DNA of 64,000 nucleotides from an uncultured delta proteobacterium. Its GTDB lineage: Bacteria > Desulfobacterota > RBG-13-43-22. Numbering within the stretch: the first letter of the stretch is position 1; each line of letters begins with the position of its first letter. The stretch spans positions 64,001 through 128,000 of the forward strand of contig CAWDKY010000017.1 in NCBI GenBank assembly GCA_963802945.1, read 5' to 3'. A program made the position numbers and the translations under genes. This document shows, in pieces, positions 1 to 9,863 of this stretch. The notes below the pieces were generated by a model. The model made no database searches, was not told where the DNA came from, and saw nothing but the letters and a program-made list of their open reading frames with translations.

Positions 1-554
1 ATCTGCGGAAACCCGGGGATTTGGCTAAGTAAGGTCCCATTTCGCTTGACAGTAGCTTGTGCAAAGTTGAGATCTACGCCGAGGGCGTAGTTCCCAAACC
101 GCTTGCCCCATTGTACCTGGCCCACATCTACCGGGTAATCGAAGGTCAGGCCATCCCGGGCGATAGCGTTGTTGGTGCGAACCTGACTGAGGGTAGGCTG
201 AATGACGCCCCAACTCCGTGTGTCCCAAGTCATGGACTCGCCGAACAGGTTCAGTTGCATCCCTGCTTGGAAGTTGAGAAAGGAGTAGTAGGGGGACACC
301 AAGATCCCATTTTCACTAGGGAGGGATGTCCAGTCTAAAGAGGCTGGGTTGACTGCCGAAGAAAACCTGTTGGCTACTGTCTCGCCGCCCAAGGAGGAGA
401 TCTCGGTGAATTGGAGAGAGGCTGCCGGCAAGCGGACGGAAAAGTCGTAGTTGCTGTAATCGCCCGCAGAAAGGACTATGTAGGGAAAGATAATGAGAAC
501 CAGGAGAGAGAAGACAGGCAGGCTATAACGAAAATTTCCCTGAGATATCTGCAT
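1..554 (-). CDS. Putative exported or outer-membrane protein, 5' part only (runs off the window start)
   Basis: Not in the ORF track. Manual translation from ATG 554 (SD GAAAGGAG) is open to the window edge: MQISQGNFRYSLPVFSLLVLIIFPYIVLSAGDYSNYDFSVRLPAASLQFTEISSLGG...QWGKRFGNYALGVDLNF. Signal-peptide-like N-terminus. Confidence 0.6.
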   Translation of the reverse strand, partial: MQISQGNFRYSLPVFSLLVLIIFPYIVLSAGDYSNYDFSVRLPAASLQFTEISSLGGETVANRFSSAVNPASLDWTSLPSENGILVSPYYSFLNFQAGMQLNLFGESMTWDTRSWGVIQPTLSQVRTNNAIARDGLTFDYPVDVGQVQWGKRFGNYALGVDLNFAQATVKRNGTLLSQIPGFPQ

Positions 555-962
555 TCAGGGCTCCTTTCAAAATTTATGGTCTGAAAACTTGGAAGGTAAT
601 AATTTTGCTTAAGGAGTTGTTATGATTATCATGTTAGGGAGAGGGGGTCAAGAGGAAAAAGGAGATTGTAATAGTGGAGTTAAAATGTCCCTACGGAAGA
701 GGGATATAAAACACCCTTTTTCGCTATAAGAACTCCGTCCACAAAAACCATTTCTCTTTGGGCCATAACACATTCTCCCGTACTTTATTTAATAATAGCC
801 CTGATAAAAAAATTAGCTTTTTACCTTATGGACTCCTAAAAGGTGATAAAAAACAAATTCGCCGCAAGTAATGTTTATTGACAATTGGCTCCTTTTCCAA
901 TATTTAAAATTGACAAGGTTTAATTCAATTCGACCAAACCAGAACAGAAAGGGGAGATCGCC

Positions 963-2093
963 ATGAAGAAAAAGTTTTCTATCTTGGTCTCCATTGGATT
1001 AATTCTCATGTTACCCAATTTCTTGGCGGCCAAGGAAACCGTCAAAATCGGCTTGATCACTCCATTGACCGGTGACGTGAAGACCTTTGGAGAGTCGGCC
1101 AAGAATGCCTTTGCCATTGCTCTCGAAAACTATGCCAAAGGGGGTAAGTATCAGATTGTTCCCGTTATTGCCGATGATAAGAATGACCCTACCGAAGGGG
1201 CGAACGGGGCGCTGAAGTTGACGACTCAGGATAAAGTGATGGCCATTGTGGGACCTTTAACTTCGAAAGTTGCCATACCCGTAAGCGAGATTGCCGATAA
1301 GCACAAGGTCCCCATGGTCAGCGGGACAGCCACCAATCCCAAAGTGACGGTTTACGACAGCAAAAGAAAACCCTATGTATTCAGGGCCTGCTTCATTGAC
1401 CCCTTTCAGGGCAGTGTGGCCGCTAATTTTGCACTCCATTCCCTGAAGATAAAAACTGCGGCCGTACTTTATGATGTGAGCAATGATTATTCCAAAGGCC
1501 TGGCCGAGGTTTTCAAGGCAACCCTTGAGAAAGGCAAGGGTACCGTAACGGCCTACGAATCTTATCAAAAGGACGATGTTGACTTTTCCGCCCTCATCAC
1601 CAAGGTGGGGATCAAAAAGCCGGACCTTATTTACATCCCTGATTATTACAATAAAGTCGCCCTCATTGCCCGTCAGGTCAGAGAAAAAGGCCTGAAATCC
1701 ATCCTGATGGGCGGGGACGGCTGGGATTCCCCGGAGCTGACTAAGATCGGCGGAACCGCAGTGATAGGAGGATATTTTACCAATCACTATTCTCCTGAAA
1801 GGAAAGATAAGGTCGCTGAGGCTTTTATACAAAAATATAAACAAAAACACGGACAGGTCCCGGATGCCCTGGCAGCGTTATCCTATGATGCCGCTGTCAT
1901 TGTTCTCCAGGCGCTGGACCGGGCCAAAAAACCAATGGCTGATGAGATCTTGAAAGCCCTGGCTGGCCTAAAAAATTTTCATGGTGTAACCGGGAACATC
2001 AGCTTTGATAAAAATGGGGATGCGGTTAAATCGGCGGTGGTGCTGAAGGTGGAAAAGGACGGATTTAAATACGTGGCCACGGTAAATCCGTAA
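963..2093 (+). CDS. livK: Branched-chain amino acid ABC transporter substrate-binding protein
   Basis: Signal peptide, KIGLITPLTG, DDKNDP, YVFRACFIDPFQG and GGDGWDS motifs; first gene of the liv cluster. Confidence 0.92.
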   Translation: MKKKFSILVSIGLILMLPNFLAAKETVKIGLITPLTGDVKTFGESAKNAFAIALENYAKGGKYQIVPVIADDKNDPTEGANGALKLTTQDKVMAIVGPLTSKVAIPVSEIADKHKVPMVSGTATNPKVTVYDSKRKPYVFRACFIDPFQGSVAANFALHSLKIKTAAVLYDVSNDYSKGLAEVFKATLEKGKGTVTAYESYQKDDVDFSALITKVGIKKPDLIYIPDYYNKVALIARQVREKGLKSILMGGDGWDSPELTKIGGTAVIGGYFTNHYSPERKDKVAEAFIQKYKQKHGQVPDALAALSYDAAVIVLQALDRAKKPMADEILKALAGLKNFHGVTGNISFDKNGDAVKSAVVLKVEKDGFKYVATVNP

Positions 2094-2294
2094 CAGGTTG
2101 ATGAAAAAGGCCTATCTGCTGCGTTGCCCTCGTCCCTCCCCGCTTTTCAGCGGGGCAGGCTTATTGCGACGTACTTCAATGTACGTCTCATTCCTCGGGA
2201 TTTCTTCGCGTCAAGGGCAACGCTCAGTCCCCCCCCTTCGGGGCGGGTTCCCGGTTTCGGGCGCCTTGTATCTCGACCTTTTTGAGCAACCTGT
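2093..2294. mobile_element. MITE-like element, copy A
   Basis: 18-bp terminal inverted repeats ACAGGTTGATGAAAAAGG / CCTTTTTGAGCAACCTGT. Core homologous to 44466-44612 and to the reverse complement of 60164-60302. Confidence 0.8.
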
Positions 2295-2386
2295 AACAAG
2301 AGGTTTTCCGCATGGTGTTAATAACTATTTGAAGGTTTGATACAGCCACTTGGTATTTTAGCAAAGGATTTAACAAGTTTTCTCTT

Positions 2387-2466
2387 GTTCCGAGCAAACG
2401 GTTCGGAGTGATTAGTTCGGAGTAACCGATCTCCCCACTCCGAACAACGAACATTAAACTTTGAAC
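2387..2466. repeat. Inverted array of degenerate short repeats (GTTCGGA-type, then the complement)
   Basis: gttccga..gttcggagt..gttcggagt followed by actccgaac aacgaac attaaac tttgaac. Confidence 0.6.
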
Positions 2467-2527
2467 ATGATTTAACCATCTTCGAATCCATTTCCAATAT
2501 TGAATAAAAAACAGCCAGGAGAAGAAC

Positions 2528-3418
2528 CTGGAAATTTTAAGCTACATTATCCAGCAGTCTATCAACGGCCTTCAGCTCGGGGCGGTCTATGCCCTCATCG
2601 CCCTGGGCTACACCATGGTATATGGGGTATTGCGCCTGATCAATTTCGCCCATGGGGATATCTTCATGTTCGGCGCCTTCACGGCCTATTACCTGCTGAC
2701 CAGGTGGGATCTGCCTCTTTTTCTGGTCTTTATGATCACCATGGCCGTGACCGCAGCCCTCGGATTCCTGGTGGAGAAGATCGCCTATAAACCGTTGCGC
2801 CATGCTCCCAAGATCTCGTTGCTTATTACCGCTGTGGGGGTTTCTCTTTTTCTCGAGTATTTTCTCGGCCTGAACAGCCTGTTTACCTCCAACTACATTG
2901 CCTTTCCGAGGCCCTTTGAGGTCGTAGGGTACGATTTTTCCTTGTTCACCATCACCAATATCCAGATCATCATTTTTTCCCTGACCGCCGTTTCGCTTTT
3001 CCTGCTCTACGTTCTGGTTTATTGGACCAAATATGGAAAGGCCATGCGGGCAGTTTCCCACGACCGGGAAACCGCCTCCTTAATGGGGATTTCAGTGGAT
3101 GGGATCATTTCCTTAACTTTCCTGGTGGGAACCGCTCTGGCCGGCATCGGGGGTATTCTCTATGGCTTCGCTTATCCACAAATCAACGTCTTCATGGGCA
3201 TCATGCCCGGCATCAAATCATTCATCGCCGCTGTCCTGGGGGGTATCGGCATCATTCATGGGGCTGTGGTCGGCGGAATACTGATCGGTATATCGGAGGT
3301 CTATGTCTCGGCCTTTCTTTCTTCAACGCTCAGAGACGGGGTGATATTCATTATCCTCCTGCTCGTTCTTCTTCTGAAACCGCAAGGTCTTTTCGGTAAA
3401 AAGGTGGAAAAGGTATGA
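2528..3418 (+). CDS. livH: Branched-chain amino acid ABC transporter permease
   Basis: QQSINGLQLGAVYALIALGYTMVYGVLRLINFAHGD motif. The conserved N-terminus lies upstream of the track's ATG 2615; probable CTG start at 2528 with SD AGGAG. Confidence 0.9.
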   Translation: MEILSYIIQQSINGLQLGAVYALIALGYTMVYGVLRLINFAHGDIFMFGAFTAYYLLTRWDLPLFLVFMITMAVTAALGFLVEKIAYKPLRHAPKISLLITAVGVSLFLEYFLGLNSLFTSNYIAFPRPFEVVGYDFSLFTITNIQIIIFSLTAVSLFLLYVLVYWTKYGKAMRAVSHDRETASLMGISVDGIISLTFLVGTALAGIGGILYGFAYPQINVFMGIMPGIKSFIAAVLGGIGIIHGAVVGGILIGISEVYVSAFLSSTLRDGVIFIILLLVLLLKPQGLFGKKVEKV

Positions 3419-4380
3419 CCTTCCTTCGGAGCGCTGCCAGGTTTCTGCTCTGTACGGCAATCCTCTATCTTGTGGTCAAAGGGTTTTTTCTCTCCGGTAT
3501 GGTGACGGCCTATATCCAGCAAATTATTCTTTTGGCCTTTATTGTTATACTTAATTCCCTGGGGCTGAATGTTATCTACGGCTTCACCGGTCAATTTTCC
3601 CTGGGGCAGGCTGCCTTCTACGGGATTGGGGCCTATACCTCCGCCTATCTTTGTACAGTTTTCAGGATCGACCATTGGTTTCCTTTTCTTCCGGTACTTT
3701 TAGTTAGCGGCCTAGCAGCCGGTCTGGTCGGCTATCTAATAGGGCTCCCGATACTCAGACTCAAAGACGATTTTCTGGCCATTGCCACGCTGGGCTTCGG
3801 CATCCTGGTCAGGGTATTGCTGGATAATTCCGACAGGTTCATCGAGGTCCTCGGCGGCTCGCGGGGATTTGTAGGCCTGCCCAGAATAACCAATCTTGAA
3901 TTGACCTTATTCTCCATCGCTTTTTTAATCTTGGTTACCAGAAATCTCATCTTTTCCAAATACGGCTTGTTTTGGAAATGTATCAAAGATGATGAACTGG
4001 CCTCGACGGTCTTCGGCATCGATACGACGAAGATGAAGCTCCTGGCCTTTAGTTACGGCTGCTTTCTGGCCGGAGTGGCCGGTGCACTTTATGCACAACT
4101 CTACACCTTTCTTCACCCGTCGAATTTTGATTTTCTCAAATCGATTGATTTCCTGATCATTGTCATCGTCGGAGGCATGGGAAGCATCACGGGTACGATC
4201 TATGCTGGGTTCATCTGGGTGGGATTTATCGAAGGGCTGCGCATCATCCTGCCCGACCGGATGTTGGAACTGCGCTGGGTCATTATCCCCATATTTCTTA
4301 TTCTATTAATGATGTGGAGACCCTACGGGCTTATTGCCCGGAAAGAATCCCGTTTTTTGGGGATCGAAGGGACCCAATGA
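3415..4380 (+). CDS. livM: Branched-chain amino acid ABC transporter permease
   Basis: GFTGQFSLGQAAFYGIGAY and RLKDDFLAIATLGFG motifs; ATGA overlap with livH. Confidence 0.9.
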   Translation: MTFLRSAARFLLCTAILYLVVKGFFLSGMVTAYIQQIILLAFIVILNSLGLNVIYGFTGQFSLGQAAFYGIGAYTSAYLCTVFRIDHWFPFLPVLLVSGLAAGLVGYLIGLPILRLKDDFLAIATLGFGILVRVLLDNSDRFIEVLGGSRGFVGLPRITNLELTLFSIAFLILVTRNLIFSKYGLFWKCIKDDELASTVFGIDTTKMKLLAFSYGCFLAGVAGALYAQLYTFLHPSNFDFLKSIDFLIIVIVGGMGSITGTIYAGFIWVGFIEGLRIILPDRMLELRWVIIPIFLILLMMWRPYGLIARKESRFLGIEGTQ

Positions 4381-5147
4381 AAGCTCTAGAAATAAACCGT
4401 TTGAAGAAAAGTTTTGGTGGTGTTGATGCCGTCGACAACCTTTCCTTTTCGGTCGATGAATTTGAAACCGTAGGCATCATAGGACCCAACGGCGCGGGAA
4501 AAACCACGGTTTTCAATCTGGTCACCGGTCTTTACCATCCGGATGCCGGCGGTATTTTATATTTTGGCCGGGACATCAAACGTCTGGCCCCGTTCCATCT
4601 GGCCCATGTCGGCTTGTCGAGGACCTTTCAAAATCTTCGGTTGTTCAGCAGTCTGACGGTGTTGGAGAATATCAAGACACCCATCTTGAGCCATAAAGGT
4701 TACAACCTCTGGTCGGCGATCTTCCGGACCGGGGATTATGTGCAGTTGGAACAGGCCGCTGAAAATCAGGCCAGGGAACTTTTGGATTTTTTCCAAATGA
4801 CCGGGAAAGAAACCTATTCAGCCAACAGCCTCCCCTATGGTGAGCAGCGGAAGCTGGAGCTGGCCCGGGCTTTGGCCGGAAACCCCCGTCTGCTCTTGAT
4901 CGATGAACCGGGGGCTGGCATGAATCCCAGAGAAATCCAGGACCTGGTGAGAATCATACGCCGGGTCAAAGAGAATTTTCGGTTGACTATCGTAATGATT
5001 GAACATCAGATGGGGCTGGTCCTGAACGTCTCGGACCGGGTTATTGTTATGGATTACGGTCAAAAAATCGCTGAAGGTCCTCCGGCGGAAATCAAAAAAA
5101 ATGAAAAGGTCATTGAAGCCTATCTTGGAGAAAAGTTCGCATGTTGA
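4377..5147 (+). CDS. livG: Branched-chain amino acid ABC transporter ATP-binding protein
   Basis: GPNGAGKTT, RTFQN, LPYGEQRKLELARALA and VIEAYLG motifs; ATG 4377 overlaps the livM stop. Confidence 0.92.
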   Translation: MKALEINRLKKSFGGVDAVDNLSFSVDEFETVGIIGPNGAGKTTVFNLVTGLYHPDAGGILYFGRDIKRLAPFHLAHVGLSRTFQNLRLFSSLTVLENIKTPILSHKGYNLWSAIFRTGDYVQLEQAAENQARELLDFFQMTGKETYSANSLPYGEQRKLELARALAGNPRLLLIDEPGAGMNPREIQDLVRIIRRVKENFRLTIVMIEHQMGLVLNVSDRVIVMDYGQKIAEGPPAEIKKNEKVIEAYLGEKFAC

Positions 5148-5878
5148 TGAAGATCATTGACCTTCAGGTGAGTTATGGTGTGGTAAAGGCCATTGATGGT
5201 TTGAACCTCGAGGTGCAAAAAGGGGAGATTCTATCGGTCGTCGGTGCCAATGGGGCCGGGAAAACCACCCTTCTCAAGACCATCACCGGGATTTTGAGGC
5301 CTTCCAGGGGCACCATAGAATACCAGGGGAAAAATATCGCCAGAACACGTCCGGACCGAATCGTCCGACTCGGTATCTGCTTGGTGCCCGAGGGAAGACG
5401 TATCTTTCCTGATTTGACCGTCAGAGAAAATCTGGAATTGGGCGGCTATGCCGTAACCGGCAGAAGACATAAAAAGGAACTTTTTGAACTCACTCTACAT
5501 ACCTTCCCCAGAATGAAAGAGAGGCTCAAACAGGCGGCCGGGACCTTGTCCGGTGGGGAACAACAGATGCTGGCTGTTGGCAGGGCGCTTATGGGTAATC
5601 CGCAGCTGCTTTTGCTCGATGAGCCTTCCATGGGGCTTTCACCCATCGTGACCAGGGAGATATTCACGCTCATCCAGAAGGTCAACCTGGAGAAAGGCAT
5701 TTCCATGATTCTGGTGGAACAGAATGCCAATCTGGCCCTTGATTTTTCCCACCGGGCTTATGTTTTAGAGACCGGAAGGGTGGTTATGGAAGGTGAATCG
5801 GCAACGGTGAAGCGTGATCCCACTGTCATCGATGCCTATCTCGGTTTCGAATTTATGGAGCAGGATCGAGAGCCATAA
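5141..5878 (+). CDS. livF: Branched-chain amino acid ABC transporter ATP-binding protein
   Basis: GANGAGKTT, VPEGRRIF, LSGGEQQMLAVGRALM and DEPSMGL motifs. Confidence 0.92.
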   Translation: MLMKIIDLQVSYGVVKAIDGLNLEVQKGEILSVVGANGAGKTTLLKTITGILRPSRGTIEYQGKNIARTRPDRIVRLGICLVPEGRRIFPDLTVRENLELGGYAVTGRRHKKELFELTLHTFPRMKERLKQAAGTLSGGEQQMLAVGRALMGNPQLLLLDEPSMGLSPIVTREIFTLIQKVNLEKGISMILVEQNANLALDFSHRAYVLETGRVVMEGESATVKRDPTVIDAYLGFEFMEQDREP

Positions 5879-5953
5879 AAAGTAAAAAGGGAGCCCTATC
5901 TATTAATCATGACCAGGTCATCATAGGATGTCCCCTTAATGAGGTAACTGTCT

Positions 5954-6502
5954 TCAATCAGACAGGGCCGTTTTTTCTTCTTCAATAAACCGATTCAACT
6001 CTTCTTCTTCCATTAAGGGGTGGGCCTGTTTCCGATCCATCTTACGGTTTAATCGGTAAACGGATTCATTGAGATCTTCAAAATACAAATACAATTCGGA
6101 GTCCCTTTCTTCGGTCCGAAGCCATTGGATATAAGGCACCAAGAAGCTGAAATATCCCAGTATGGGGGTTCCAAAGGCCTGCCAGGTTTCTTGCTTGGAA
6201 AGGATCTCTTTTTGGACTAAGAAACCAAAGCGGTCAAAAAAATTAAGGACCTCGGCGGAATGGGCTTGAAGTTCCTTCATATCGGTTCGATCCGTCAGGA
6301 TGAGCCGTTGACGACATTTCCTCATTTCGGATGACTGGTAGTAAAATTCAAGGTGACCCAATTCCAAGACCGCCATTGTTTTCCTGAGTCCTCTTATTCG
6401 CCTTAAAATTACCCATAGAAAAATGAAAAAGATTAAGAAGGCCAGGAAAAATCCGGCTTCGGGGACTAAAACCGCATCCAGAATCATACCTATATCATTC
6501 AT
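5954..6502 (-). CDS. Membrane-anchored hypothetical protein (DUF4760-like)
   Basis: N-terminal TM helix; VLNFFDRFGFLV...PYIQWLR...YLYFEDL pattern; SD GGGAG. Confidence 0.55.
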   Translation of the reverse strand: MNDIGMILDAVLVPEAGFFLAFLIFFIFLWVILRRIRGLRKTMAVLELGHLEFYYQSSEMRKCRQRLILTDRTDMKELQAHSAEVLNFFDRFGFLVQKEILSKQETWQAFGTPILGYFSFLVPYIQWLRTEERDSELYLYFEDLNESVYRLNRKMDRKQAHPLMEEEELNRFIEEEKTALSD

Positions 6503-6579
6503 ATCAAAATCACTCCCTTGAAGAAAAACAAGAAGGCGATTAGCTAATTCCCGAAACTAAAAAATTTTACACAAAATAT

Positions 6580-6910
6580 TTGACAGTACCCTATATTAAT
6601 CTATAATTGAAGCTTCGTCAAAAGGAAAATGATTCCCCTCCACCGGCTTCTTTGGCCTTCCTTTGGCAACGCCTTAGCAAACACTATCCTTCTTTATCCT
6701 TGACCCCTTTCCTCTCTCATTTTATAATACCTCCATTTAAAATAATATTTCCCAATATGAATAAGTTTGAGGCGGGACATGAATAGTAACTATTCAGATA
6801 CGAAAAAAAACATTCAGCTATTGAGCAATCAATTTTTATGCATCCTGGTGCCCGCCACAGGCGGCCTGAAAGTTATTTCATTTGACACCGAGTGCCTAAA
6901 AACATAAAAT
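6580..6910 (+). promoter_or_regulatory. Three tandem sigma70-like promoters
   Basis: TTGACA-16-TATAAT (6580-6607), TTGACC-17-TATAAT (6700-6728) and TTGACA-17-TAAAAT (6882-6910). Confidence 0.55.
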
Positions 6911-6992
6911 GCAGCCGGATAACATATCAACCGAGTTTGTATTATTGCGTGGCTCGAACAATATTCTAAATTTAAATTAAGGAGAACAACCG

Positions 6993-7286
6993 ATGATATC
7001 CATTATTGCCAAGATCCCGATCAAAGAAGAAAAGATGAATGAGGCGATTGAAGCCGTTAAACAATTAATGAAAGCAATGACAAATGATGTAGGGACCATG
7101 TCTTATTCCTTGAATGTTTCTAAAAAAGACCCTACGACCTTAGTCATCTTGGAGCGTTACAAGGACAAAGAGAGCTTAGGTCTCCATTCTTCCACACCTC
7201 ATTTTAAAGCCTTTCAAGCCAAGACCGCTGAATTAATCGCTGGGAAGGCGGAAATAATGATTATGGATGAATTGGCCTCCATTTAA
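6993..7286 (+). CDS. Antibiotic biosynthesis monooxygenase (ABM) family protein
   Basis: 97 aa; LVILERYKDKESLGLHSSTPHF pattern; SD AAGGAG. Confidence 0.85.
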   Translation: MISIIAKIPIKEEKMNEAIEAVKQLMKAMTNDVGTMSYSLNVSKKDPTTLVILERYKDKESLGLHSSTPHFKAFQAKTAELIAGKAEIMIMDELASI

Positions 7287-7430
7287 TTTGAGGCAAGAAA
7301 CAATATAAGCAGTTGAAGGTGTGGGGGGAAATTATTGGATCTTAAATGACCATACCAAAGGGTATCTTTGGGGACAGCACCTAAATGATAAAGAAGTCGA
7401 ATAATGCTTATAGAGGGGACGGACCGGCCC

Positions 7431-8654
7431 ATGGAGAAATTTGAAAATCTGATCTCATCTGCTATAAATTTGGGGGTCTCCGATATTCATATCGCCGGAG
7501 GCCATCCTGTCGTTTACCGTATCAACGGGATCTTAAAATTTCAAACGACATTTCAATGGAATTACAAGGAAGTCGATGCCTTACTTGAAACCCTCCTGAC
7601 CCCCAGGCAATTACATGAGCTTAGAGAACGTTATTCCATTGATTGTGCTTTGAGGTTTTCGCGAGCACACTTAAGAATCAATATTTTTTATACCACTCGG
7701 GGATTAAGTCTGGCCATCCGTATCCTTCCCGGGATCGTCCCCACCGTCGAGCAGTTGAATCTCCATCCTTCCCTCAAGGAGATCTGCAAGCTCAAATCCG
7801 GATTGGTTTTGATATGCGGGGCTACCGGAGTTGGGAAAACCACCACCATTGCCTCCCTTATCGAAGAAATCAATCGCAATCTTGCGCATCACATTATTAC
7901 CTTGGAAGACCCCATTGAATATCGGATTGTCTCCAAGAAGTCATTTGTCGAACAGCGAGAATTGGGGACCCATATGCCGACTTTTGAGCAGGGCCTATTG
8001 GATGTCTTAAGAGAAGATCCCGATGTGATCGTTATCGGGGAAGTTAGGGATTATGAAACCATCAAACTGATGTTAAATATTGCCGAAGCAGGTAACCTAA
8101 TCATCGCCACCATGCATGCCAGTAATTCCGAGGAGGCCCTTCATCGTATTTTAAACGCCTTCCCCATGCAATCGCAAGACGATATCCGTAATCGCCTGGC
8201 TTCGACCTTGACCTGGCTGGTCATTCAAGAATTGATTTACCTCGATAAATTCGGATTTCGTGTCCCGCTTCTTTCGATCCTGCGGGGTAGCCAAGCGTTG
8301 AAGGGTACGATTCGAGAAGACAAACTGCACCAGATTGAAAACATTATTCAACTCGGGAAAAACGAAGGCATGTTTAACTTTGATCGCTACTTAAACGAAT
8401 ATTTGATGAATCAGAATTTCCTGACCACGCCGTTAAAACTTTTTCAGCCTTCCCCGGAAAAGACCGAAGAAGTCGACTATCGCTCGCCTATTATGGATTC
8501 TTCCAGAGAAGTCCTGAAAAGGTATCCGAAGGGTAAAAAGCGGATTCCCGAACCTGCCTCCTTCTCGCCGGAAAGTGATCAAGTTCCGACTTTGAGCAAC
8601 GACGGCCGATCGTTGAAAGATTTTATCGAAGAATTGGATAAGGACTACAAATAA
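7431..8654 (+). CDS. PilT/PilU-family ATPase
   Basis: SDIHI, Walker A GATGVGKTT, Asp box LEDPIE, REDPDVIVIGEVRD and His box TMH. Start is 7404 or 7431. Confidence 0.85.
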   Translation: MEKFENLISSAINLGVSDIHIAGGHPVVYRINGILKFQTTFQWNYKEVDALLETLLTPRQLHELRERYSIDCALRFSRAHLRINIFYTTRGLSLAIRILPGIVPTVEQLNLHPSLKEICKLKSGLVLICGATGVGKTTTIASLIEEINRNLAHHIITLEDPIEYRIVSKKSFVEQRELGTHMPTFEQGLLDVLREDPDVIVIGEVRDYETIKLMLNIAEAGNLIIATMHASNSEEALHRILNAFPMQSQDDIRNRLASTLTWLVIQELIYLDKFGFRVPLLSILRGSQALKGTIREDKLHQIENIIQLGKNEGMFNFDRYLNEYLMNQNFLTTPLKLFQPSPEKTEEVDYRSPIMDSSREVLKRYPKGKKRIPEPASFSPESDQVPTLSNDGRSLKDFIEELDKDYK

Positions 8655-8691
8655 CTCTTTGAAGCATCTCTAAAAGAGTCGGTAATGGTCC

Positions 8692-9444
8692 TTATTTTTC
8701 AGGTTCTTCTTCGCTTACTTCTTCCCTTTTCTTCTTCCCGGTCAATTTGACGATCAGGATACTGCTTTCAAAAAGGAGATACAATGGAACGGCCAGCAGG
8801 ATCTGGGAGACGACGTCGGGAGGGGTAACGATGGCGGCGATGATGACAATGAGTAAGATAGCGATGCGTCTATTTTTAGCCATCATGCGGGAATTGATGA
8901 TGCCGACCCGGCCTAAAAAATAAGCCAGGACAGGCAATTCAAAGACCAGACCGAAACCTAGGAGCAGTTTCAGGCAAAAGGAAAGGTACAATTGTAGGGA
9001 GGGCAGAGCGCGAATATTTTCGGTGGAAAAACCGATCAGAAACCGAAACCCGATTGGAAAGACCACGTAATAGCCGAACAAGGCACCGCCGACAAACAAA
9101 AGAGAGGAGGTGATAACAAAAGGTAGGACGATTTTTCTCTCTCTTTGATATAATCCCGGGGCAATAAACATCCACAACTCATAAAAAATAACCGGAGAAA
9201 CCAGGACAATCCCGGCAATCAGGCTGGCCTTCAAATAAATAAAAAAGGCCTCGGGAAGGGCTGTAAAGACCAGCTTGTCTCCAGGGGGGAGAACGCCGAT
9301 CAAGGGTTTAACCAGCCATTCGAAAATCTCGCCCGAAAAAGCATAGGCTACTGCAAAGCCGCAACCGATGGCAACGAAGCAGATGATCAACCGCTTCCGA
9401 AGCTCCGCCAGGTGAGCGGTAAAAGGCATCTTGACATCAGGCAT
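8692..9444 (-). CDS. tatC: Twin-arginine translocase subunit TatC
   Basis: HLAELRKRL, FIAPGLY, FELP and TPPDVVSQ motifs. Confidence 0.95.
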   Translation of the reverse strand: MPDVKMPFTAHLAELRKRLIICFVAIGCGFAVAYAFSGEIFEWLVKPLIGVLPPGDKLVFTALPEAFFIYLKASLIAGIVLVSPVIFYELWMFIAPGLYQRERKIVLPFVITSSLLFVGGALFGYYVVFPIGFRFLIGFSTENIRALPSLQLYLSFCLKLLLGFGLVFELPVLAYFLGRVGIINSRMMAKNRRIAILLIVIIAAIVTPPDVVSQILLAVPLYLLFESSILIVKLTGKKKREEVSEEEPEK

Positions 9445-9763
9445 CGGGGGCTTTCGGGGCCGGGGTCGATGAAGGTTCAGAGGAGGGGGGAGTTTGGCCC
9501 TTTTCTTTTTGGGTATCCAAAGCAGGGCTCAATTCGGTTGTTTCTAAATAATGAGCAGGATCCACCAGATCATTCAAGTCCTTTCGGACTTCTTTTAAAT
9601 CTTCTCCAAGATTTAAATGCTCTTTCAACTCTTCAGCTGATTTTTTAAGTTCTACCAATCCCTTTCCGATGGACCGGGCCAGTTCCGGTAACTTTTTTGG
9701 ACCCAGGACCACCAGGGCGACAACCAGGATTAATAAAAATTCCGGGAACCCGATTCCGAACAT
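9437..9763 (-). CDS. tatB: Twin-arginine translocase subunit TatB/TatA
   Basis: MFGIGFPEFLLILVVALVVLGPKKLPELAR; start at ATG 9763 with SD CAGGAG; directly upstream of tatC. Confidence 0.85.
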   Translation of the reverse strand: MFGIGFPEFLLILVVALVVLGPKKLPELARSIGKGLVELKKSAEELKEHLNLGEDLKEVRKDLNDLVDPAHYLETTELSPALDTQKEKGQTPPSSEPSSTPAPKAPDA

Positions 9764-9863
9764 ATAAAAATCTCCTGAAGATGACCGAATAAAATCCAAT
9801 CTTAATTTTTATCTGATGAACTGTCAACATTGAAAGTCGGGTTAAGGAGAAGGTTGGGGTTTT

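Noticed and set aside
57-338. Plus-strand ORF 57-338 and the many antisense ORFs over housekeeping genes
   Set aside because: They are shadow frames of better-supported genes on the opposite strand.
2098-2454. Short ORFs 2098-2340 and 2224-2454 (likewise 44568-44750 and 60032-60259)
   Set aside because: They are translations of MITE or repeat DNA.
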